A DNA stretch of 62,092 nt, filler included, from Sphacelaria rigidula (taxonomy: Eukaryota): NCBI GenBank assembly GCA_964200075.2. It is 10 parts of 10 records of this genome, joined end to end, with 100 filler letters (N's around TTAATTAATTAA, not from the genome) between each part and the next. Parts side by side here need not be neighbours in the genome. Positions count along the whole stretch, not along the records: positions 49,757 to 55,874 come from CAXNAA020022106.1; positions 55,975 to 62,092 come from CAXNAA020022107.1; 8 more parts are not named here. One strand, 5' to 3'. The notes beneath the pieces are model-generated. The model had not been told where the DNA came from. It searched no databases and saw only the letters and a list, made by a program, of their open reading frames with translations. A program made the translations under genes and the position numbers. Shown in pieces: positions 51,914-62,092 of this stretch. Each line of letters starts with the position of its first letter. Positions within the stretch are counted from its first letter, which is position 1.

Positions 51914-52139
51914 CTCAAGTTCTTCACAGTGTGTGGACTGTGACTTTGCACACAGTCCCGCAAACTGGGTCATCCGAGTACCCTGCACTCGGCCTACGCA
52001 GTTCACCCAAAGAGGAGACCTATGCCCACGTGTGTTACTTTTACGTCTTCACTTTGTGCATCTGTTGGCAAGCAGTTTTTTTCACGATGAACGCCTTCCC
52101 CTCACACCATGCCCAACAGTGGAGGGCGATTATGTCGTG

Positions 52140-52380
52140 GGTACAGAAAATTCGACTTAACGGTCGACGAAGGAAAGGGACTGCTGAACCCCTGTCACGG
52201 TAACAAATGAAGGCAAGCACCGCAGAAGAAAGGTGGGGTACTGAAAACAAATGAAAAAAAGAAGCTCCTGTGTTGACCTCCCTCCTGTGTGACCCCGGCT
52301 AGTGCGCCCACATATATATACCGAAAGGTGTAGACCAGCGTCCAGAATAGAAGGGACGACAACACACACACACACACACA
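52140..52380 (+). mobile_element. Retroposon 3' end with (CA)n tail; copies at 42075-42340, 43030-43262, 53585-53810
   Basis: Shared GAAAGGGACTGCTGAACCC...AAGGCAAGCACCGCAGAAG...TGTAGACC(A/G)(G/C)CGTCCAGAATAGA...CAACACACAC. Confidence 0.7.
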
Positions 52381-54971
52381 TCAAACGTTTTTCTCGCGGG
52401 GGGTATTCGTCCATGTGGTCCGTCATTATCACAGTATATGAAGTCGCGTCCTTTTCGCTTACTCATGTACTATAGCTGCTTCGTGAAATGTCGAATGTTG
52501 TACACGTATGTGTTGGAGCGAATTTCAACCACAGTTGTACATGGAGATGTTGCTCTTTCGTAGGCGAAATATCAACTTCTGAGCGAACTCCTACTTTTGG
52601 AACACGAGTCCACTTTTTCCTCCATGTTTCAGCTTTTTTAAAAATCAGAACGCAATGTCTATGATACATTCGGGTCTTCCGCGTTCTCCACACTCTTGAT
52701 ACGTGGAACAAAATTAAGTGTGTGTCATCCACCATTCCGCGCTCTCAGCGTTCGCGTACTTGGATACCTATCATGCCACACCCATGCCAGATCTTCCCTC
52801 TTCTACTCATCACATATAGCACAGTTTCATAATCGATACACACGCCAAATCTCTGGCTCAACCTCTTGGCAAGAGTCATTACCTTTACCCTCTCCCAATT
52901 TAAATTAATTCCTTTCCACGCCTTTCGTGTCCGATCCTTGTATATATTACTATTCCCTTTGATCCAGCGACCACCGTCGAAATCCTTTCTCTCATTTCAG
53001 GTAATAACCCAATTGTGCGTACTCGCTGGCTTTTAGTGTGGAACCTTGGCAAGACCTTTTGGTAGCATTGGCATTGCTCAACCCAGGAAACATACAGGTG
53101 GTGCCAGGGCCACGAGCACCCTCGCACAGGCATCCTGCGCTGAACTGCAGGAGCCGATTTGGGTTTACTCGAACCTGAAACGACTCACGTCGTATAAGCG
53201 TACGAGCCGTGCATTTTCGAAACAGCATATTCTCAGGGGAATGGAACGCCCTGCCGTTGCCCGCTTTGCCAATTCGGGTCTTGCAGTGCGACGCACGGTG
53301 TGTTGGCATACACGCAAATTAAACAAACAGCTCTGGAGGCCGCTCTGTTATCGGCGAGCACCGCTGTCAAAAAGTTAGTGCGTCCTACGTGTGTTCTGTT
53401 TTGACCCCTCTGATTTCAAGGGATCACCGTATATATAGACGTACGTTGCATACAGACATATGCCAAAACACGAGCTCTCACTAAAATCGGATAGGTGACA
53501 CTTGCTGGTGATCTGACAATTCTGACTCTGTAGTTTCAGATTGTAACCGAAGGTTTAATCATGTGTGCTCATGAAAAATGCATACACGGACAAAATTCGA
53601 CTTAATGGTTGACGAGGGAAAGGAAGTGCTGAACCCCTCTCGCGAAAAACGAAATAAAGGCAAGCACCGCAGAAGGATGGTGGAGAAGTACAAAAACAAT
53701 CCTGCGTTGGCCTTCCTCCTGTGTTACCCCGGCTGGTGCGCCCACATATACCCAAAGGTGTAGACCGCCGTCCAGAATAGATGAGACGGCAACACACCAC
53801 ACACACATATAAATGTGTACGCGTACGCCCATGATTACAAAATGTTGTGAAACCGGACGTTCGTCGGAGGAAGATGCGCAAAACCAACAATCTCGCCGCA
53901 AAGTTGATCGCTTGCAGTACGGCCACTGCGTTTCAAGCGATAGAGATGAGGTGAGCGCATCGCACCCAACAGATAAACACAGTACAACGAGTGCATCATG
54001 GCCGACAAGGTGACACTGGAGTGGCGACTTGCGGGCAGTGTTGAGCGCGTTCAATCTCGTGCTCACCCCCGATCGCGTCTAAACGACGGCAAAAGGATGC
54101 ATCGGCTAACCATGTGACGCGTGATTTCAGATGCCCGCGCGCGCGTGTGTGCGATGCATGATACAGCGACTTCGCCAAACCCTCCAGGAGGGAGAAAGGC
54201 GAACAAATTGCAGGCGAGCAGTACATGTCCGAGCACACGACACCGGTCAAGCTAGATGCCGAGTAAATCTCTTCACTACAGTATCCCGTTTAGTTTGTAG
54301 CGCACGAAGCTCACGGCAGCCTCGCGAGACAGCACAGTACAGCAACAGCAGCAACACGCAAAGTGATACAAAGTCACGCACCTGTGACAGGGCTCATGAA
54401 TTAGAATTTCAAACGTCCTGGCAGCTAGTGGCATTCAGATGGAGTAATGTAATTCTTGTGGAATCGAGTGGTCGGAATAGTTCGGGGGATATATTGTTTT
54501 TAACGCATGTTTCGGGGGTTGGTTCCTGGACCGAAATTTTCTCGTTGACTTTGATAGAAAACCACGAGAGTACTACGCTGTCGGAGGGCATAGCACACAC
54601 AGACTCTCGTCGAATTACTCACCTGCACACGACAACACGTACCCAGCGTTGTACGCAACTACCGCTAGAGCGCACATGTGTATACGTGTACACCTATGAC
54701 GTGTGCATGACAACACACAGTTGAGGAGTAACGCCGAACATCTGACATGAGTGAACCATGTTGCCTGTGCGGGACAAGATAGATATATCGTGTTGACAAA
54801 TGCGGAAGTTTTGCTACACTTATTTGCTACACTTATTTGCTACACTCTGAATCCGTGGTACAGTGGTCAGGACGATCACTGGCTGGCTCATCTGATACAC
54901 GCTGTGGAGCATAACGTCTGAGCAGTGGCCGCTTTTTCCAGTAACATATATATATATATATATTTCCGATA

Positions 54972-55230
54972 GGCTCAATATCCGCAAATTGCTCGACTCT
55001 GGTTTAGGGGTAACTGCAATGTCGTTGTGCGAGTATTACAACGCGATGGGCGCCGCTTTGACACGAAGAGCCGCAGAATGTCTCAAACGAGTCCGTGAAG
55101 AGGTCGCTGGGGCAACTGCACATCTAGCCGAAATTCTCTTCGACAAACGAGATTCACTTGAAGAGCACTCGAATGCTTGCATTGTGCCCTTGGCAATTCT
55201 TCCGCCTAATTTCATCTCAAGACTGCAAGT
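54972..55230 (+). CDS. Possible exon or decayed gene fragment of unknown function
   Basis: TTTCCGATAG acceptor followed by an open helical-looking frame LNIRKLLDSG...EVAGATAHLAEILFDKRDSLEE. No family recognised. Confidence 0.25.
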
Positions 55231-56235
55231 TCGTGAGTGATGCCATCATTTCGAGCTTTCAAAAACTCCGGTGGGTCCCACCCACCCCATTCGCATGAAG
55301 CACAATGACTACGGTAAGAGAGCAGAACTTCGTTGTTGCGTGTATTTTGAACAAAAAACAAACAAAAGGCGACCGCACGGCAGCTATGGCGATTCTCACC
55401 TTCCCTGCCGAGGACGTTTTTTGTGCAATGTCGATCCGGAAGCTCCTCGCATCACGACGGAGAGACTGCATTGTGGCCCTACACTGCGAAGCTGGTGGCC
55501 GGTATCCTGGCCGGAGATAGGACGTCTTTGAGCCGGGCGATAACGCTAGGCGAGTGGTCGATTACCCTTACTTTTTTCGCTGTTTTGTGATGCGAGGTGA
55601 CGTGTGCTTCACGCTTCATCCTGCCGTATTGCGCACGCTCGTGTGGTTTTGTCAACAGAAGAGCTACAGAATAATAACTTCGTCCTTCCCCCCCCCCCCA
55701 ACCCCCGCACAATGGGGGGGGATGATCGTGCTACATGGTGTTTAAATGGTCAGACACCCATGAGACTGTGTATAAGCCGTGGCTCTTTCTGGAAGTGGCG
55801 ATACCAGGAAATGAAGCAACTCATTGTAGGCTGTCATCCAAGTGCAAGATATTCAGTACTCTTCGGGCCGAACANNNNNNNNNNNNNNNNNNNNNNNNNN
55901 NNNNNNNNNNNNNNNNNNTTAATTAATTAANNNNNNNNNNNNNNNNNNNNNNNNNNNNNNNNNNNNNNNNNNNNCACCCAAGCGCGCGACACAAGCGCGA
56001 CGCCCCCCCCCCCCCCCCCCCCCCCTCCTCCCCAACTCAGCTCAGGTCATACTCCAGACTCTTGCCGGTATCTGAAGTGGGTTACAAGCTCACGACTGGT
56101 GCGACATCTCCATGCTTCTCTTCAAGCAAGCATAATTTTTGAAAATGTGCTCGCGTCTGTCTCGCCAAGCGGCTCGTGTTCATCTTTTTTCACCAACTTC
56201 TGTATTTCCGCCGCACATGTATTCTTGCGTTGCAG

Positions 56236-56614
56236 GGATCGCTGTCCCTGAATCCTCCTACACTATTCTGGAGGCTATGATCACCGAAGCTAGTGGAGGG
56301 GTGTGCCGCGGAAGCACTTGCTACAACACAAGAGCAGAAGATTTTCCAGACCTTGTGAGTGTTTCGCCTGTCAGAACAGCTCCCGTCGCAGTACTGAAGA
56401 GAAAGCAATGTCACAATCAGTAGGTGTCTCCCTGCCATGCGTGTCTACACAGAACGGACCAAGATTTGAACATCTTTCTGAATCTCAGAGTAATGGCCTT
56501 TCTCAAGTATGAGATACAGTGGCCGCCCTACTTCAGTTCGGTGCGGTATAGTGCGACAGATATTGATCGCCTTCCATTCACACTGAGCCCTGAAGTGGGT
56601 CCTTCCCGCCGGAG

Positions 56615-56648
<34 letters not shown>

Positions 56649-59600
56649 GCGCTGCGTGGTACTCTGTACTGGGCATTCAATGCGGACGCCTTTCGTGGTC
56701 ACAGACTAACTACCCTATTACTCAGTTCGTTCTATTTCTTCGCCCTATTTCTTCGTTTTTTCCCGTCTCTTTTTCTCTTCTTTCTTTTTCGTTGTCTTCA
56801 TTTCCTTTTTCTGCTTCTTTTTCTTCTTTTTCTCCTTCTCCTTCTCCATCTCTCTCTCTTCTTCTCCGTTATGTGTCTTTTTCCGTTTTGTTCACCTCGG
56901 GTACGTCTACCTTGTAACTCCTGCTGATATCGCTTGAGCGTCAGTCAGCGTGCGACAATCGAACCTACCGAAAGAGTGATGGTGCAAGTCGATTTACACC
57001 GCCGTGACGTGGGGCTCCGCCTTAGACAGTATCACCTTAACCGCGGGCAGTTGCTTTTGGCGCTGTTTATGCGGCGGAATATGAAAGATTGATTGACCGC
57101 TATCAAAAGGAGAAAAAACGCCCGCAAAAAAATGCAAGGAACAGTAAATGGTGTTGAACAAATTTTATTTGTCCTCCGGCAAGCAATTGAGATCAATTTT
57201 TCTGCGGTGTATCAACTGACCCCCCCCCCCGTCCTCTTGCGCACGTGCTCATGTGCTGTGCTGTGCTGTGCTGCACACTGAACGTGTCCAGGTGATCGAG
57301 CTGTACCCCGAGAACCGGTTCTTGTTGAGAGGACAAGACTACACCGTTTGCACCCGTTCAGGCATGTGCGTCGTGAAGCTGCAACCCAGTTTCGGCGGGG
57401 ATTATTGGATCCTCGGTGACGTCTTCATGGAGGTGCGCTCATTTTCCATCACGTTTCCCCTCATGTGTGTGTATGCGTGTACGCCCGCGCGCGCGCGTGT
57501 GTGTGTTTCCACTACTAGTGCATGCACCTTCAGGTGTGTGTGTTCTTCTGAAAGGCGCACTCACGTTTTCACGGCGCTTCATCCTCATCGTTGATTTTTT
57601 TTCTTGTGCTGTTGGTTTCTTGAACGTGGCGGTCATACGCACGTCTTGCTCAACCACGCTTCCCCCACCTACACCCGCCCCGCGCTCACATGTACACCCG
57701 TGCCGTCTAATGCTTTGATAGGCGTACTATACTTTGTTCGATGTGGAGAACCTTCGAGTGGGTTTCGCTTGCGCGGGTGATGGTTGTTCCGGTGGCACGT
57801 GGCACGGACAGGGGGGCCTGTTGGAAATGCATGATTATCCATCCTGGAGTAGGTGAGGGAGACGACAGACTCCACTTATATTGTTTCAAGTATTATTTTG
57901 TTTCCGTTCCAAGTCGTCACCTTGGGCGCTTCCGTACCTGCAGTCAGAGCCCAGAATTTTCCCCGAAACTAAACTCGTGTACAGACGTCAAACCTCTGGA
58001 ATTGTTGGATCGGTGCGTGGCCCGACGGATAACCGATCGATGGTAGATTGATTGATTGATTGATTGATTATCGCGCATTAACTACTCCCTGAGAATCTCG
58101 GCCGTACGAGCAGTCATGAACATGAGGTAGTCGTTCTCATGGTGAACCAAACGGAAACACGGACTAACTAGAGGGAATTTGACAGCAGGATCAGAAAAGG
58201 TTGAAAATAAAAGGGTTTGCAGAATATTCCTCCCCCTAATGCCACGGAGCTTGGTCCGGCAAAAACCCGGCGTGCTCCGTCCCGGCTTTGTAGGGATGCG
58301 AGGTCAATGGTCTTATGACTATGGCATGCATGATCATGAGTACACCCAATGCCACAGCTCACTGAGCAGGACGAGCAGCGTTCGAAACATACACAAAAGA
58401 CGCTTTTGGAACCGCAATGGTGGTGTGCTTGTTCCCCTTGCGAACTCCTGCGGAGGGTACCGAAGGGTTTCGGGGATACGTCAGTTTGGTGGCTTTCGTA
58501 CCCGCGGTCAGGGCACGGAAATTCCCTGAAACTGAACCCGTGAACAGGCGTGGAACCGCTGAGATCGTTGGATCGTGTGCGTGGCCTGACGGGCTACCGA
58601 TAGGGGGTATCCTTGTGATAGTTACCTGTTTTAGTCGGCGGTCTATACAGTGACACTTTTGTGGTTTGGTAACAAGTACGTGTAAGTGATTTGAGTATCT
58701 GGGGGGTGCACATCCTCACTGACGGCACGTACGCACAACCCCCTTCCTCCTACCCCTTTGAGGGTTGGCGCTGGTTGGCAAAGACGTTCTAAAACACACC
58801 ACTCACTGCGTAAGCTAGGCAATCAGGTTACCGGGGGGTTTTCGGGTGCGTTTTTTTGTACTTTTCCGGGAGCCATGATGCTGGTCAAGCTGGATCATAT
58901 TGTGCAGGGTGGAGAGCCACCACTCCGCGCAAAGGAGATGATCGTAATACGTCGTGTCATGACTGGTGAGACATCCATGAGGAGGTGTGTAACCTGCGGC
59001 TGTGTCTGGAAGTGGCGATACCAGATAGTGAAGCGACTCATTCGAGGCTGTCATCCATATGCAAGATAACTAGTACGCTTCGGGCCAAATAATCTCAGTA
59101 GGATGCCGATCAGTCACCCTTCAAGCGACTCGTCGACCTTTCACAGCGCTTTGCGCTGGTGCGGCGAAAACCCGGCGTGCTCCGTCCCGGCTTTATAGGA
59201 ATGCGAGGCCAGAAGTCTCAAAACTACGGCATGCGAGATCATGAGGACACCCCCCCTCCCCTCCCACTCCATATACCCCATTCCCTCTCTTCGCTCAGTT
59301 TTTTCCCGCAGGCGGCTTGGACCGTGTGCCTGCTCACTGCGGGCTATCTCCTTTTTGTTTACACCCGTCCACTATACCGTCACTGGGTGGACCGTGCGTC
59401 CTACGACCCCATCTCGGGCGGCAGCCGGAGCACCGGGGGAGCTGCCAGGCCAACACGAGGAAGAGACGCTGGAGCACCAGGGTCTACTGCCAGCACAGCG
59501 GGATCTGGCGGAGCGGGGGTTGGAGCGCCCTTGATTCCTGGGGGCAGGGAAGGGTCTCGGGCGACGGTTGTGGCTGGCGGTTGGCGAGCTTACGGTTCGA

Positions 59601-59665
59601 CCGATGAGGCTCCTGCGAGTGCGGGTTGTTTGCCGTCTGGTGCTGCCGTGGGCACGTCTAGATAG
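56236..59665 (+). CDS. 3' part of a pepsin-family (A1) aspartic protease with C-terminal transmembrane anchor; exons 56236-56354, 57292-57432, 57722-57852, about 59299-59665
   Basis: IAVPESSYTIL...C..FPDL|VIELYPENRFLLRGQDYTVC...CVVKLQ..YWILGDVFME|AYYTLFDVENLRVGFAC is the hallmark A1 C-terminal WILGDxF..YYxxFD..NxRVGFA. The last exon has a hydrophobic AAWTVCLLTAGYLLFVY segment. The phase fits with acceptor AG at 59297-59298; the stronger AG at 59310-59311 would need another exon. Confidence 0.9.
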
Positions 59666-62092
59666 GTATCATTTGTGAGGAAGCGCTGGGAACGTGTCGT
59701 TTCCGGTTTCGCCCCGCGTGTATGACCCCTTATTTTCGAGTTTCGCGGGTGGAATGTAGTTACTCCACTGGTGTGACGTGTTGGGGGGGCTCTTAGCTTT
59801 GCCCCTCCCGAGTGCCGTGTGCTGGACGGGATGATTCATTCAGCCCCCCCCCCCCCCCCCCCCGCAATCTCAATTTTCTCGGTATAATTCTTGTGTTTAC
59901 CCCGCCTCGGTGTCGATATGGTCTGCGGAGGGTTGGTGTGCCGTTTTTTCACGGCGGTTTGTTTCGTGCTACGATACGGCGTGGAAAATATTTTAATGGT
60001 GATTGATCAAATGGGCTTCGTGTGATGGATGGGTGCTGCCGTTATTTTGGGTTTGTTTCGTTGGTCGTTGCTCCTTGGTTTTATGCTGTATTCAAATAGT
60101 GTTCTGTTGGGTATGATGGTGAGTAGTACCCCGTTTGGCTTGGACACTAGCCGGTGTGCAGATTCGGAAGACATATTGTATTATATTCTTGGCAGCGAAT
60201 TGTGACACGCTATTCGCGTCCTGAGCGTACAATCGCTCGTTTGGCGCTAGGTGAGACTCTATGCTGACACTACCCCCGCACCCTGGTAGTTCAACCGCTA
60301 CACCAATCGTCAGTGTTGGCGGAACGTTACGGGTCCGAATGCCAGAAGATGGCGTATTTTTTTCATCAGCATATGGTTTCCGTCGTTTAAAACTTGAGGG
60401 CGCGAGTAGCAAACAAATTTCGGCGGAAGTTAGGGCGATGCAGGGTGAGCGAATTCCTTGGGCCTGTGGAGTCGTGCCAAGGAGGGAGAGGGAAGTGAGA
60501 GAGTTATCGCCGGAAAAATGAAAATACAGTCGGAACCTAGATGAATTCTGAGAGATATAGTTTTAACGTCGGTGTACAGTACAGTAGTGATGCGTCTGGG
60601 GTCGAAATCCATTTTGAATGAAAGTTTGTTTGAGTTCTTGTTGAATGCGGAAACGTTTGCCCGTTACTGATTGCTTCTGCCCACTAGAACACGCGACTGC
60701 ATATTTGGGAACAGTCGGGGATAGGAATTTTGCGACACCATTAACGACATCTGGGATATTTTGGGGCACCGGCGAGAAGCGTGAGTCCGTCTTCCAAGCA
60801 GTGCCTGGCCTGGGCTATAAATCATCACCCAATCTGGTCAACAAAATCTCCCAAAACTAACGGGCGTTCTACGTGCGGTAGCATTCACTTTCCCTTTATT
60901 TTCCTTCACATATGTTTGTTCTGTTCCACTCGCCCGACGCTTTCAAAAAGTATTTCCGGCAGTGGACTCGTGCTCTCAGCACGAACGGTAAAATATTTGG
61001 TGCACCCGCCGTGCGATTTGCAACCGCATGATGGGCATACTCAATGCTCACCACTCTCCGTCACATGGTAAGAAGTCTGAGAAACCACTTGAAAAAAACA
61101 CCTGAGAGTGATGAACTATCAATGATATCAAGAAACTCGCGACACAAACACATACCGCAAAGGGTAAAACTCGTTGAAATAACATACTGTTCAAGGTTCC
61201 AGAAAGCTTTTCGCGAATTTTTTCAAGGATTTCCTCTCTGAAAAAAATACCGATTTCGTCAGTTCCAATCTCACGAAGTGAACACGGTTTCTGCTCCGGG
61301 TGAAAAATTCGCCTAACCGGATCTTGCGACTTGGTTTTTCGATTTTTTTGCCATATCTTCCACTATAAAACCCCTACTGATTTCGAGTTTTTGGGAAAAC
61401 CTTGTCAAAGAGAAACCAAACGCATGTTGTGTCAAGGGGCAATCGGATACACCACAGTTGTTGCTGCCTACCTCGTATTATCCTCCAAATCGAAGTCTTG
61501 AGTGAGAACGCCCAGCGTGCAGTTGCTTGACGCGACCGCTGCGTTCTTCCGCGGACCCTTCCCCACGCACCCGACAAGGGGGCAACATCCCCGTACAGAC
61601 AGTAGCAATGCCAGCGGATCCTACGTCGTGACAGTCCGGCAGCCGGCAACGTGGTTATGGTCATGTCCTTCTAGCGATATCAACTTACAGTGCACTGGAG
61701 CAGAGTTTGCAGGTGAACATTTTGGCGGTTGTCTCACCTGCAGCTCGCCCAGACGTTGCGGAATTTTCCCCGGTCTTTACCGAAGCGGGTTCCGCGGTCA
61801 AGGTCGAAGGCTTCTGCTGCATAGGGAAAGAAAAAGAAGAGAGTCGACGTCACGATTCGCTCTGGAAAGCTAGAACAAGAAACGGCCGATCCTAATTTTT
61901 GGGGTTGAAACAAAAAATGAGGTGGAAGTTCGCTATTGGAGGGAAGATACGAAAGAGTAACACAGAGCGAAAGTATCTTCCCCCCCAAAACTCCGCAGGA
62001 GGAGTTAACCGTCAGACCGCGAGAGTAGGTCACCTAACAGGGTTGCCAGAAAAATGAGAAGGTATTTTGAAATGAGAATCCACCGCTCCCCG

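Larger units (their letters stand above)
6121..55974. other. Nine artificial 100-nt contig spacers (N44-TTAATTAATTAA-N44) at 6121-6220, 12341-12440, 18561-18660, 24781-24880, 31000-31099, 37219-37318, 43438-43537, 49657-49756, 55875-55974
   Basis: Identical linker with stops in all six frames. The intervening segments fall monotonically from 6120 to 6118 bp, as expected for length-sorted concatenated contigs. Confidence 0.97.

Noticed and set aside
60240..61880. Decayed hAT/BED-finger transposase (KMFTCKLC on the minus strand)
   Set aside because: Only one short motif was seen and no catalytic motifs could be recognised; insufficient support.

Overview
Eukaryotic, intron-rich and repeat-rich DNA, most likely from a brown alga (Phaeophyceae). 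Support for this: an EsV-1-7-repeat gene, TTAGGG repeats, short exons with long introns, and stramenopile-type Gypsy, LINE and tyrosine-recombinase elements. The window is NOT one locus. It is ten contigs of 6120,6120,6120,6120,6119,6119,6119,6119,6118,6118 bp, apparently sorted by length and joined by 100-nt N/TTAATTAATTAA spacers, so adjacency across spacers carries no biological meaning. Four spliced genes could be rebuilt by hand: a complete 4-exon EsV-1-7 repeat gene (322 aa), and partial genes for a coiled-coil protein, an mTERF-like protein and a membrane-anchored pepsin-family aspartic protease. The rest is a mosaic of decayed mobile DNA: a Ty3/Gypsy gag-pol, a DIRS/Ngaro-type tyrosine-recombinase element, a LINE RT, possible KDZ transposase relics, several MITE families and hairpin satellites. 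The most unusual signal is a LINE 3' end and a non-coding SINE-like partner that share a 3' motif and end in poly(C) rather than poly(A), with copies often stacked on one another's C-tracts. All family assignments are by eye and recalled motifs; no searches were run.
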